From positions 1 to 39,810 of IMG/VR virus record IMGVR_UViG_3300048855_000217: a stretch of DNA of 39,810 nt; one strand, 5' to 3'. Below are positions 26,983 through 37,201 of this stretch, piece after piece (position 1 is the first letter of the stretch; the number at the start of each line of letters is the position of its first letter). The stretch comes from a virus (lineage: Duplodnaviria > Caudoviricetes). A model generated the notes under the pieces. It did no database searches and had not been told where the DNA came from. It saw only the letters and a list, made by a program, of their open reading frames with translations. A program made the position numbers and the translations under genes.

Positions 26983-27118
26983 CCAGATAAACCTTCAACA
27001 ACTGCAAAGAACTCTCCACCGGGACTACGCGTGAGCAACGGCGGCGCTGCTTGACGCCGGTTCGCTGTTCACATTCTCAACCACCCGTCTCGCTGCGTGG
27101 GCCGTAAGCCAGATCAGC

Positions 27119-27131
27119 TAAATATGGGATG
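27119..27131 (+). promoter_or_regulatory. TAAATA-N4-ATG
   Basis: TAAATA TGGG ATG; 27108-27133 matches 25351-25376 at 25/26. Confidence 0.75.
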
Positions 27132-27584
27132 CCGAGTGTATCCCGCGCTTCCGATTGGGAAGATCGCCTCCGAACTTACTTCGACCGCGTAGAAGATGAG
27201 CCCTTCCGCTGGGGCACGCACGATTGCGCCCTATTCACCGCCAGCGCGATCAGCGCGATGTGCGGCGTGGATCCCGCCGAAGGCTTCCGGGGCACCTACG
27301 ACACGCAGGCCGGAGCCATGGAGGCGCTTCGCGCCACCGGCCACGGAACGCTCCTAAAAACCGTCAAGGCGTGGCTCGGTGAGCCGAAGTCCGTCCACCT
27401 CGCGCAGCGCGGCGATATTGTCATGCGCGACCGCACCACGATGGGCGTCTGCGTCGGGCTGTTCAGCCGCTTTGTCGGGCAGGAGCAGGGGCAGGAACGC
27501 CTCATCTTCGTGCCTACCGCTTCCTGCAAATACGCCTTCACGGTGCCGTTCAGGCCACCTGCGGAGCCCGAGGGCACCGCGTAA
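27129..27584 (+). CDS. Tail-associated NlpC/P60-like protein (DUF6950-like)
   Basis: R..DW..RL, PF.WG.HDC.LF, A.RGDIV, GVC.G. Confidence 0.8.
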   Translation: MPSVSRASDWEDRLRTYFDRVEDEPFRWGTHDCALFTASAISAMCGVDPAEGFRGTYDTQAGAMEALRATGHGTLLKTVKAWLGEPKSVHLAQRGDIVMRDRTTMGVCVGLFSRFVGQEQGQERLIFVPTASCKYAFTVPFRPPAEPEGTA

Positions 27585-30500
27585 TGTCGAAGACAATCAA
27601 GACGATCGCGCTTGTCGCGGTCGCGGTTGCCGTCGTCTACTTCGCCCCGCAGCTATCCTACGCGATCGGCTCCATGGCGCTCGGCACGACGGGCACCTTT
27701 CTCTCTGCCGCCACGCTCGCGACCATCACCAGCGCGATCACCGCCGTGGGTATATCGGTCGGTCTCGCTGCAGCAGGGAGCCTGTTCCGCAAAACACCGT
27801 CGATGTCGCAATCGATGGTGGACCGGCTCAATTCCAGCGTCGTTCCCAGCGCGACCCGTAAGATATGTTTCGGTATCACCGCAGCGGGCAACGACGTTCG
27901 CTTCCTCGAAGGTGAACTCGACCTCCCCGGCACCAAGAAGGATGGCTACGCGCAGGTTATCGCGCTCGCTAGCCACCGCATCAACGCGGTCAAGGAATGG
28001 TATGTCGAGGACGAGCTTTCGTGGAACGGTGCCGTCACGGGCGCGCACGCGAAGGGCATCCTCTCATTCCGCCCCGTTCTTGAGGGCAAAGCCGGAAACG
28101 GCTTCGCGGTGGGCTCCGGCACCTACTGGAACAGCACGGCAACCTTTACCGGCTGCGCTTATGCGGCGGTCCTATGGAAGCTGGACGGCGAAGTCTGGCC
28201 TTCCGGCATTCCGCAGAAAACCGTCACAGTCATCGAGGGGTGCCCGCTCTACGATCCTCGCCGGGACAGCACCAACGGCGGGTCCGGTGCTCACCGCATC
28301 GATAATCAGGACACATGGACCTTCCGTGAAGGCTTCACGGAGATCGGCCGCAACCCGGCGCTCGCCTTGCTCGCCTACCTCATCGGCTGGCGGGTGGGCG
28401 GCAAGCTCATGTGGGGCATGGGCGTGCCGGTTTCGCGCATCAACCTCGACAACTTCCGTGCCTATGCAAACCTTTGCGAAGAAGGCGTGCTCACGCGCGG
28501 CGGCGGCAGCGTTCAGCGCTACACCATCGATGGCATCCTCTCGACGGCCGATGCTCACGAGGCCGTCATCAACCAGATCACCGCCGCGATGGGCTCGTGC
28601 AAGCTCGCCGATGTGGGTGGCGCTTACTCGCTCATCGGCGGCTATGACGACACGCTTGGCCCTCGGCAGGCGTTCTTCGCCGATGATCTCGTGGCACCGG
28701 CAGGATCGTCCAGCCCTTATGTGTGGGTGCCGTCGCCCTCTATCCGCGACACCTACAACATCGCGCGCGGGCGCTTCGCCAACCCGGCCTCGCTCTATCA
28801 ATTGGAGGATTGGGGCGTCGTTGAGACGGACACTCTGCCGGATTCCGTGCCGCGCACCATGTCGCTCGATCTCGGTCTCGTCTCCCGTGCGGAGACGTGC
28901 CAGCGGATCGCCAAACAGTTCTTGCTCCGTGAGGCGATCACACCCGGCACCTTCACGGCGGCATTCGGCCCCAAGGCGTTTGCCGTCGCGGTCGGCAGCT
29001 TGGTGACCCTCTCGCTGCCTGCGCAGGGCTGGAATGCCAAGCTTTTCCGCGTGATCGAACAGGTGGAGACGCACGATCTCCTGTTCCAGATGACCCTCCG
29101 GGAGGAAGACCCGCTGGTCTACGCATGGGACCGCGAGGAAAAGCCGCTCCCGCAGACGATCCGGCCGCAGAGCTATGATCCGCGCTCCATGTTGAGCCCG
29201 GTCGATCTCGCCTGCTCAAGCCATGTCCTGCAAGGCGCGGACAGCCAGAGCGTCTCGGAAGTCGTGGTCACATGGGAGCCGGAAATGTCCGGTCGCGTGC
29301 AGGGCATCCAGATCGAAAGCCGTCCCGTGACCACCTCGGCGTGGACGGAACAGGCCGCGCTCTACAATGCGCAAGCAGGCGAGTTCGTGTTCATGGCGAA
29401 CGCTGGCGGCATCGTGATCGATGTGCGTGCCCGCTACCGCATGAACAACGGCATCTTTGGACCGTGGGTGCTGGCCAACATCCTCACCGCGCCGGTTGAG
29501 ACGATCGATGGCGGCGCACGGGATATCGCCACCGATGCCCGCGACAAGGCCGAGGATGCAAAAGGGGATGCGACGAAAATCCGCACGCAGCTTCCCGATC
29601 TCGTCCTGCCCTTGCTCCTGACACCTATCGATGAACTCGCTGCTCTTCACCTCGAAGGCAGCACGGCGAACCTCAAAGCCAGCAAGGCGCTCTCCGACAA
29701 GAACCAACTCGCGATCACCACCCTCGAAACGAAGGTGAATGAGAACGGTGCGATCATCGCGGAACAGGTCACGCAACTCACGAGCCGGGTGCAGGCTGGT
29801 GAGGACACGGTTGAGGCTGGCTTCCTCGAAATCAATCGCACGCTCGCAGACACTGAACAGGCGCTCACGGAAAAGATCACGCTCGGCATTGCCAATTTTG
29901 GCGAGGACGTGAATGCCAGCTTCGTTGAGGAACGTCGTGCCCGCGCGACAGCGGACGAGGCACTGGTGGAATCCATCGATCAGATGGGCGTTTCCGTCCG
30001 CAACGAGTTCAACGACGCGATCACCGGACAGATCAACGACGTGAAGCGCATCGTCGCGGACGCGGACGGGGCGATCGGAACCCGTATCGACCAAATGGGC
30101 GTCAAGATTGAGAGCGATGTGGACGGGGAGCGCCTCGCTCGTGAGGCTGCGATCCAGACGGTCGAGCAAACTATCGTCAACAAGGACAGCGCGATGGCAA
30201 GCCGCGTTGACAACATCGGTATCAGCGTCAACGACGCCTTCGCGCAGATCAGCAGAGTTGACTCGGCTTGGCAGGGTGAGAACTACCTCAGATCGCTTGA
30301 AACCCTGAATCTCACCTCCCGTCTCAACAACCAGAACGGCGCGTCCATAGAGCAGCAGTTTCAGACGCTTGCGAACTGGAACGGCCTGTTGAGTTCGACC
30401 TACACGTTGAAGCTCCAGACCGAGGTGGATGGAACGAAGATCATCGGCGGGTTCGGCATCGTGAACCAAAACGGCGTTGTGGACACCGCATTCGCGACGG

Positions 30501-31090
30501 ATGCCTTTCGGATCTACACACCCGGTGGTGCGAGGCAGGTATTCTACGCCGATGGAAACGGCGTCCAGATCGATCGCGCCTTCATCGGAAAGATCGAAGC
30601 CGATGATCTCAGCGTCACGAATGCCTCGATCCAGAACCTCGCAATCAGCGGTGATAAGTTCGAGCCAAGCGCCGTCACTTCGGTGGGGAGCTTCGAATAC
30701 GATTATGGCGGTTGGCACGAGGTAGATACGTCGGGGCTGCGTTTCGTCGGCGGCAGCGGCAATCCGGCTGGGACCACGATCCGCACCGGCAACAGCGCGA
30801 CCAAGGTGATCATCAACTGCACCGGCATTTGGGAGCGCGACGGCGGTGATGACGACAACCTCAACATCAGCGTCCAGCGATACGGCGGGAACAGCGGAGA
30901 GAGCTACTTTTTGAGCACCAAGAACAATGTTCAGGTGTTCAGCGGGAAGCGCACATTCTCTTTCGCGTGGGTGGATCAGAACGTCGATAACAACACCGAT
31001 TACACCTACCGGTTCATGCAGCAGAGCCTTCGTGACGGTGCGCCATATTACTACAATGTCACGTTCTTCGTGACTGCTCATAAGAAATAA
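27584..31090 (+). CDS. Tail tip / central fibre protein (gpJ-like)
   Basis: G..LYDPR.DST..GSG.HR....TW, RNPAL, FnIII-like region, coiled-coil repeats, YTLK......K.IGGFG. Confidence 0.88.
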   Translation: MSKTIKTIALVAVAVAVVYFAPQLSYAIGSMALGTTGTFLSAATLATITSAITAVGISVGLAAAGSLFRKTPSMSQSMVDRLNSSVVPSATRKICFGITAAGNDVRFLEGELDLPGTKKDGYAQVIALASHRINAVKEWYVEDELSWNGAVTGAHAKGILSFRPVLEGKAGNGFAVGSGTYWNSTATFTGCAYAAVLWKLDGEVWPSGIPQKTVTVIEGCPLYDPRRDSTNGGSGAHRIDNQDTWTFREGFTEIGRNPALALLAYLIGWRVGGKLMWGMGVPVSRINLDNFRAYANLCEEGVLTRGGGSVQRYTIDGILSTADAHEAVINQITAAMGSCKLADVGGAYSLIGGYDDTLGPRQAFFADDLVAPAGSSSPYVWVPSPSIRDTYNIARGRFANPASLYQLEDWGVVETDTLPDSVPRTMSLDLGLVSRAETCQRIAKQFLLREAITPGTFTAAFGPKAFAVAVGSLVTLSLPAQGWNAKLFRVIEQVETHDLLFQMTLREEDPLVYAWDREEKPLPQTIRPQSYDPRSMLSPVDLACSSHVLQGADSQSVSEVVVTWEPEMSGRVQGIQIESRPVTTSAWTEQAALYNAQAGEFVFMANAGGIVIDVRARYRMNNGIFGPWVLANILTAPVETIDGGARDIATDARDKAEDAKGDATKIRTQLPDLVLPLLLTPIDELAALHLEGSTANLKASKALSDKNQLAITTLETKVNENGAIIAEQVTQLTSRVQAGEDTVEAGFLEINRTLADTEQALTEKITLGIANFGEDVNASFVEERRARATADEALVESIDQMGVSVRNEFNDAITGQINDVKRIVADADGAIGTRIDQMGVKIESDVDGERLAREAAIQTVEQTIVNKDSAMASRVDNIGISVNDAFAQISRVDSAWQGENYLRSLETLNLTSRLNNQNGASIEQQFQTLANWNGLLSSTYTLKLQTEVDGTKIIGGFGIVNQNGVVDTAFATDAFRIYTPGGARQVFYADGNGVQIDRAFIGKIEADDLSVTNASIQNLAISGDKFEPSAVTSVGSFEYDYGGWHEVDTSGLRFVGGSGNPAGTTIRTGNSATKVIINCTGIWERDGGDDDNLNISVQRYGGNSGESYFLSTKNNVQVFSGKRTFSFAWVDQNVDNNTDYTYRFMQQSLRDGAPYYYNVTFFVTAHKK

Positions 31091-31100
31091 GAGGAAGGAA

Positions 31101-31853
31101 TTGCAACATCTTCGCTACCATATCGCAAGCGGTTCCATCGTCGCCCGTCTCGGGCTCGATCCCATATGTGCGGTTGAGGAGCATCCCGAATATGCCTTGA
31201 TCGAGGGCGACGCGTCGCCGGAAACGCACTGGATCGATGACGGTGAGATTATCGCGCGGACCATCCACGACGGCGCGGTGAGCGTGGACCAGATCGAGGA
31301 TGGCAGCACGTCAGTCCCGGTGATCACCGGTCTGCCCGCTGATTGTTGGATGCGTATCCGTGGCACCGCCAACATGCGCTTCCCGGAGCGTCTGGAAGCC
31401 GTCTCTGGCGGCACTCTCATGTTCGTGCCCGAGGTTCCCGGTCGTTACGTCGTGACGCTGATGGGGCGGTATGCGGAACCGGAGATGACGTTCGAGGTGG
31501 TCCCGCTCGATACCCTCAAGCAGCGTCGCAAGGACGAGGTGACCGCGCGCAAGGCGCTTGCGAGCAGGGCAGGGGTGAAATGGGAGGGGCACCGCTGGGA
31601 TGCCTCGGCCGATGCTCTGTCAGCGGTGAAGAGCTATCTCGGCATGCCGCTGCCGGAGGGCTTCTACTGGACGGACTTCGAAGGCGTTGATGTGCCGATC
31701 GATGAAGCGGGTCTTGCTGCGCTCGCCGGAGCGATCGTCACGTTCACGTTCGCCGTTCACGATCGCAGCCGCGCGCTCAAGGACATGATCCAGTCTGCTG
31801 CGCTGGCGGACGAAGTGAGGGCGGTCGATGTAGATGCTGGGTGGCCCACGTAA
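31101..31853 (+). CDS. Tail fibre-associated protein (DUF4376-like C-terminus)
   Basis: TTG start after GAGGAAGG; C-terminal G..WD, W.D.....V.....L..L....., LK..I..A......V...W. Confidence 0.7.
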   Translation: MQHLRYHIASGSIVARLGLDPICAVEEHPEYALIEGDASPETHWIDDGEIIARTIHDGAVSVDQIEDGSTSVPVITGLPADCWMRIRGTANMRFPERLEAVSGGTLMFVPEVPGRYVVTLMGRYAEPEMTFEVVPLDTLKQRRKDEVTARKALASRAGVKWEGHRWDASADALSAVKSYLGMPLPEGFYWTDFEGVDVPIDEAGLAALAGAIVTFTFAVHDRSRALKDMIQSAALADEVRAVDVDAGWPT

Positions 31854-31875
31854 ACCCGCCCTGCGGAGGTTTGTC

Positions 31876-33075
31876 TCAAGAGATGGGCATGCGAAATGAG
31901 AAGCAAGTCGCCGTTTCGTTGGACCTAACCGACAAGGCACCGCCGTGAGCCTTTGCGATCTCTGAAGCGATATAGAGACCAAGACCCAAGCCCTCCTTGT
32001 CCTTGGAGACCGCACCACGAGAGAACGGGCTAAACAAGAGCGGAAGGGTCGCTTCGGGGATGGGATCGCCGCCGTTGGTGACCGACAGGTTGAACTCGCC
32101 GCTCCCTATGCTGCACCGAACCTCGACAGGCTGATCGGCCGCGCCATGGGTTAGGGCGTTGCCCACAAGATTGGAAAGAAGTTGTGCGATCCGGGTCTGA
32201 TCACACGTAAGTTCAACGCTCGCATCGCATTCGAAGATGATGTTCTGAGACGTGTGACTGTTCCTGAGTTCAATGATCACCTGATCGAGAAGCGGTTGGA
32301 TACTGGTTGGCTGCTTTCGTAGGGATAAGCCGCCTCCGAGACGTCCACGGGCAAAGTCCAAGATGTTGGCGATCATGTCAGCCATACGGTCAACGCTGCC
32401 GCGCATGTTATCAAGGATAGTCTTCTGCCGGTCGGTTATCTCGCCCCGCTCTAATAGGGTAACGCCTGCTTGAATATTGGCAAGTGGATTCCGAAGGTCG
32501 TGGCCCAAGACCGCTATAAACTGCTCCCTTAGCTCAGCATCCTGCTCTTGGGCGCTTACTCTACTCTCAGCCTCGGCAAGACGTTCATTTTGATCGATCT
32601 GAGATCCGATGATCTGTGCGAACATTTCAAACATCGCAATTGCGTCGGCGTCGATCGAACGGTGAGGGGCAGGATCGATTGCGCAAAGCGTGCCGAAAAA
32701 GCGTCCATCCGGCAGAACAATTGGTATGGAGATGTAGCTCCGAAAGCCATAAAGTGCAGGCGTGTGATGGTCGCAGTAAATGGCGTCGCTTTGAACATCG
32801 GGAATGACGACCGGATTGCCTGATTGCCGAATTTCGTGACAGATCGTCGTATTGAGCTTCAGTTCCCCACCAGTGGTCAGCCCAAAGTTGATGTTGTCGC
32901 GGACGCTACATGCAATCCACTTCTCGTCGGTGACACGAGCAACGGCTGCAAACCCCATCCCGGTTGCTTTGCACACGGTTTCCAAAATGGTCGGGACGAT
33001 ATCGATTTCGGCGATCGCCGTGACACCATCGCCCAAGTCTCTCGCCACGCGCTGCCTCGAAACTTCTAACTTCAT
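31876..33075 (-). CDS. GAF-domain sensor histidine kinase, cargo
   Basis: GMGFAAVARVT..KW.AC.V.D, GTLCAID, H-box LGHDLRNPL, NLVGNAL.HG, GLGLGLYI. Confidence 0.95.
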   Translation of the reverse strand: MKLEVSRQRVARDLGDGVTAIAEIDIVPTILETVCKATGMGFAAVARVTDEKWIACSVRDNINFGLTTGGELKLNTTICHEIRQSGNPVVIPDVQSDAIYCDHHTPALYGFRSYISIPIVLPDGRFFGTLCAIDPAPHRSIDADAIAMFEMFAQIIGSQIDQNERLAEAESRVSAQEQDAELREQFIAVLGHDLRNPLANIQAGVTLLERGEITDRQKTILDNMRGSVDRMADMIANILDFARGRLGGGLSLRKQPTSIQPLLDQVIIELRNSHTSQNIIFECDASVELTCDQTRIAQLLSNLVGNALTHGAADQPVEVRCSIGSGEFNLSVTNGGDPIPEATLPLLFSPFSRGAVSKDKEGLGLGLYIASEIAKAHGGALSVRSNETATCFSFRMPIS

Positions 33076-33174
33076 ACCCACCCACGTTAAGGGACTACCC
33101 AAGAAAAGGACATAGCTGGCCGCAGGATCAGGGTGTGCGCGGTGCGTTGTGCCGCTTAGACGCACTGCGCTCGA

Positions 33175-33187
33175 TAAATACCGTATG
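33175..33187 (+). promoter_or_regulatory. TAAATA-N4-ATG
   Basis: TAAATA CCGT ATG. Confidence 0.75.
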
Positions 33188-36100
33188 GCATTCTCATACG
33201 AGCAGACGGGGACGATCGCCCTCACGAACGGATCGACCAGCGTCATGGGCGAAGGGACGAACTGGGCGGTCAGTTATCCCGGTGTCCTCCTGATCGTTGA
33301 TGGCAAGACCTATCCGGTGGCATCGATTGACGGTGGAACCACGCTTACGCTCGTTCACCCCTATTCCGGCGAAACCGCCTCCGGCGTTGCCTACACCTTC
33401 GCGCCGCTCCAGCCCGACAATTACGCGCTCACGAAGAAGGTGAACGAGATCATCGAGATAGCGGGTGACCTTGTGGACGCCAGTCGTGGGCCTGCCGGTC
33501 CCGCTGGTCCTGCCGGTCCCATTGGGCCGTCCGGTGACAGCGGTCTCGGTTCGATCGTGAACCTCACGGAATACACGCCACAGCCTGCTGGCGGCAGCGG
33601 CACCTTCCTCATTGTGCCGGTAGCGCAGGGCGCGCCCACGATCGCGCTGACCCAGTCCTCAACGGTCGTGCTGCCGCTGGACAAACCCAATGCTGGCATC
33701 GGGCTCTGGATCAATTCCACCACGAGCGGCTATGCTATTACCCTTGGTCTTACGAATGCACCAATCCCGCAGCCGGATGTGCCAAGTGAGCCGATCGACC
33801 TGAGCGGCTCAGCTACCCTGTATGGCGATCCCGGCTCGATCATCCGCCTCGGTATCTCCCTCGGCGGGGTCACGGGCACCTTCGTCGTGGACACGCCGGG
33901 AACCGTCCCCGTCTCGATCGAAACCGCCGACATCATCAACGTGCCGGTGGCCTCCCAGTGGACCACCGGTAGCGCAGGCTCACCCTATCCAATCAGCGGC
34001 GATGCGGTGGCGGGCACGGTGACGCTCGCCAAGGCAGGCAGCAACGACACCGGTTTTAAGAACGGCCATGTCGTTCTCAACCAAGGCAGCTACCTCACCA
34101 CCACGCCGCTTGGTCTGGAGTTTCCGTCGAAGGGTGACGACGCCACCACCCAGACGCCGCCGTCATTCAAGCTACTCTTCAAGGGCGTGGTCCCTGCGGG
34201 GAGCAACGAAGAACCCCTCTGCCACCTTGAAGATTACGGGAACGGAATGCTGTCGCTGCGTGCCCATTGGGGTGACGGCGCGATGCAGGCCGTGGTCCAG
34301 CGCCCCGGCTACTATGAGGTCGTGGTCAGCGACAGCGACCCGGCGCTTCGCCGGTTCGGTGAGAACCAGCTTTACGCAGTCGAGTGGGTCGATGACGTGG
34401 ACGGTCCCGGAGGCATGCTCTATTTCACCGTGGATGGTCAGCCGCTCGGCGCTCCGAAGCCGACCGAGAAGAAGCTCCGCATCACCACGGCGATGGCGCT
34501 GGAGGTGAACGCATCCTACGGCAACACCAGCAATTCGGTGGACAATCTGGAAGTTGAGTATGTCGGCATCAGCTATGGCAGGCCCGTTACGGAACTGAGC
34601 TACGAGACCGTCACGGATGGTCAGACCCTCACCGCTGAACAGCTTGAGCGCCTCGTGGTGGATGCGCGCAACATGTCGGCCTCCACCACGGAGCACCCCA
34701 TCACCTACTCGCGCGGCGGGCAGGCATACGATCTCGCGATCATCATCGGGGAAATGCAGCTTCCGGCAGGCCGCGCATACAAGGCTGTGCTGGAGGATTG
34801 GTCCACTGGTGACGGCGTGCCGCATCCCAACGAACTGGTGATGACCAAGCCTGCGGCCCAAAATTGCAAGTTTGAGGATGCGGCTTTGTTCTCGTCGCAA
34901 GCAAGCTGGACAGAGGTTCTGCCGAAGGGTCCGGTGCCGTCCATCAACGGCATCGCATATCACTGCGAAGGTGTCCGCATGGGCACCTATGTGCAGTTTC
35001 AGTTCGCTTATGAACTCGATCGGCCGGAAGCGCCCTTTGGTGATCCGACCGGGCTTGAGACCTACATGGTGCCCCACAAGTGGCTGATCTACGATAACGC
35101 CGGGACGCTGCTCGCGCGGATTGAGAAGCCGAATGGCGAGCCGCTCAACAGCGCGTCATCAAAGGCGTGCTGGGAAGGAAGCTACGATGGTCGGGGCGTG
35201 CCGATCATCACCGATGCAAACCCGTGGTATCCGCACGGGACGGTGCGCTCGTCGATCATTTGGCGCAGCCATGATCCGATCGCCTACTCGCAGGCACAGG
35301 TGCTCAACACCGTCCCGGTGTTCGACATGCGCGTGCCGTTTGCGTCGCATACCGGCTTCTCGGTCAACGGCTTCGATCTTCGGGTCGGGCAGGGCGGTGC
35401 CGGTGGCGACGGTCAGATGAACGGCTTCGCTAATTTCCGCGCCATGTCGTGGGAGCCGACTACTTACGTCGGCATTCAGGCACAGGCAGCGGCAACCAAA
35501 CACCCATGGAAGGCGCTGTTCTCGACCTCCGATGCCGTGGTGCCGAATGCCGCCATCTGGCTTAAATATACGCCGTTCAACCAGCAGGGCAGGAGCCCGA
35601 TCACGGGTCCGGGGGGCACACGCGATGATCGTCAGATCATGGCTGAGCCGGTTGCGCAGTATGTTCGCGACATCACCTCGGTGCGCCCGCATGACCAACG
35701 GTCAATGAAGGAGATCGCCCTCCATTATCTCACCGGCTACGCCAGCGACGCGATCCACGGCATCGAGAATGGTCGGAACGTGCCGCTGTTCAAGGGCAGT
35801 CCGCGTCGCGCCATCACCATGCGCAACCACTATTATGGTGGTGGTGAGGCGACCACGCCCACCGACAAGGCATTCTACGTCCAGCTTGGCCGTCTCAGCG
35901 ACTGGATTGACGGCGGTAACCCACTGCGCCCGAAGCGCCCCTACGCTGCCAAGGATGTGGGCAAGCCCTACTTCGGCACCAACGCGATCGATGAGGCGCA
36001 TGCGCATCAGTTCCCGCATTGGGGATCGCTGCTCTTTCAGACGCCGGAGTTCGCCTTCCTCGGTCACCGATTTTTCGACCAGCCGCGCCTCTATAACAAC

Positions 36101-36970
36101 ACCATCTTGAACTCGCAGTGGGGACCGTATGAGGTTGGTGAGCGCGGGGCCGCGTGGAAGTTCGCTCATGCCGCACTCGCGTGGAAAACCGCCTCCCCCA
36201 ACTCACAGCGGCTCTACAGCCGTGCCGAGGTGCTCGACTGGGTGATTGTAGATTTCGAGCGCTTCTATGATCAGTGGTATGCCGCCGATCCGGGCATCCT
36301 CAACCCGCCAAGCAGCATTGGGTCGGGTGGCTCGCTCGACGGCAACAAGGCCCTACTCGCTGCAATGGCGCGCTTCGGGCCATGTTCGTTCAATGAAAGT
36401 GGCGTTTACGCGCACGACTTCTACATCGGCTACTGGCTGTCGGCTCTCCACACTGGTGAGCGGCTCGGCTTCAACGCGGCGGTTCGCGCGGCCTCACCCA
36501 AAGCGGAGGCGGTCCTCAACTGGCTCGTGACCGGCCATCAGAAGCGGGTCACGCAGCGGATCAATGATGGTTTCCGCATCAACGCGATGAGCGGCACCGA
36601 TTACCTCTGCCCGATCTGGACCACGGCACAAATCAACACGGCCAAGGGCGCTGTCAGTGCTCTGCCGCAGACCTATGGGGACGTGCAGGCATCGCAGGGT
36701 GCTGGTGCGGCCGATAGCTGGGACACGTTCAAGTGGCAGGGCAACAATGCCCTAAGCCGCGATGGGCAGGCGATCGATCAGCTACTCGCTGGTCCCGGCC
36801 TGCTTCTCGACATGGGCCGCACGGATGCCGCGTTGGTGGCGGCAGCGGCCACCGCTGAAGCCCGGTTCCAAGAGAAGCTCACCAGTGAGACGGCGAGGGG
36901 GGCCATGGAGGCCGGGACCGTCTGGTTCAAATACCACCAGAGCACCAACAATCGGCCCTACAGACCGTGA
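33185..36970 (+). CDS. Tail fibre / receptor-binding protein (~1261 aa)
   Basis: N-terminal GTIALTNGSTSV.G.GT.W anchor, collagen-like GPAGPAGPAGPIGPSG, long aromatic-rich C-terminal domain. Confidence 0.78.
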   Translation: MAFSYEQTGTIALTNGSTSVMGEGTNWAVSYPGVLLIVDGKTYPVASIDGGTTLTLVHPYSGETASGVAYTFAPLQPDNYALTKKVNEIIEIAGDLVDASRGPAGPAGPAGPIGPSGDSGLGSIVNLTEYTPQPAGGSGTFLIVPVAQGAPTIALTQSSTVVLPLDKPNAGIGLWINSTTSGYAITLGLTNAPIPQPDVPSEPIDLSGSATLYGDPGSIIRLGISLGGVTGTFVVDTPGTVPVSIETADIINVPVASQWTTGSAGSPYPISGDAVAGTVTLAKAGSNDTGFKNGHVVLNQGSYLTTTPLGLEFPSKGDDATTQTPPSFKLLFKGVVPAGSNEEPLCHLEDYGNGMLSLRAHWGDGAMQAVVQRPGYYEVVVSDSDPALRRFGENQLYAVEWVDDVDGPGGMLYFTVDGQPLGAPKPTEKKLRITTAMALEVNASYGNTSNSVDNLEVEYVGISYGRPVTELSYETVTDGQTLTAEQLERLVVDARNMSASTTEHPITYSRGGQAYDLAIIIGEMQLPAGRAYKAVLEDWSTGDGVPHPNELVMTKPAAQNCKFEDAALFSSQASWTEVLPKGPVPSINGIAYHCEGVRMGTYVQFQFAYELDRPEAPFGDPTGLETYMVPHKWLIYDNAGTLLARIEKPNGEPLNSASSKACWEGSYDGRGVPIITDANPWYPHGTVRSSIIWRSHDPIAYSQAQVLNTVPVFDMRVPFASHTGFSVNGFDLRVGQGGAGGDGQMNGFANFRAMSWEPTTYVGIQAQAAATKHPWKALFSTSDAVVPNAAIWLKYTPFNQQGRSPITGPGGTRDDRQIMAEPVAQYVRDITSVRPHDQRSMKEIALHYLTGYASDAIHGIENGRNVPLFKGSPRRAITMRNHYYGGGEATTPTDKAFYVQLGRLSDWIDGGNPLRPKRPYAAKDVGKPYFGTNAIDEAHAHQFPHWGSLLFQTPEFAFLGHRFFDQPRLYNNTILNSQWGPYEVGERGAAWKFAHAALAWKTASPNSQRLYSRAEVLDWVIVDFERFYDQWYAADPGILNPPSSIGSGGSLDGNKALLAAMARFGPCSFNESGVYAHDFYIGYWLSALHTGERLGFNAAVRAASPKAEAVLNWLVTGHQKRVTQRINDGFRINAMSGTDYLCPIWTTAQINTAKGAVSALPQTYGDVQASQGAGAADSWDTFKWQGNNALSRDGQAIDQLLAGPGLLLDMGRTDAALVAAAATAEARFQEKLTSETARGAMEAGTVWFKYHQSTNNRPYRP

Positions 36971-37076
36971 GCAGGAGGCGTGAGGGGCTGGGCGGGATGA
37001 CGCCAGCGGGCGCAAGCTGCCGTCTATTACCGCCAATGGCATTAGCGGCCCGGAAGCTTTCAGGGTCCACGAGCGT

Positions 37077-37143
37077 AAATGCCCAGTCTTGGTGGTTAGT
37101 CCGCCGTCCGGTTCCCAAGCGTAAACTTCCGACAGCGGACACT
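37077..37143 (-). repeat. Degenerate or composite copy of the 32-bp palindrome
   Basis: Minus 37109-37077 GGACGGCGGACTAACCACCAAGACTGGGCATTT; AGCGGACAC half-site at 37134-42. Confidence 0.5.
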
Positions 37144-37201
37144 GGAGGGCGGCTACTGCTCAGAGGTCACGACGGCGGCGATAGTAGATGGTTCAGATAA
37201 A

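Noticed and set aside
35563-35568. TAAATA inside the tail fibre gene
   Set aside because: Encodes L-K-Y in frame with no start codon or RBS following; consistent with a chance hit.
11437-36970. Gene transfer agent (RcGTA-like) cluster
   Set aside because: Presence of integrase, att repeats at a tRNA, HNH and a cos-like site, plus cargo interruptions, does not fit the canonical GTA cluster.
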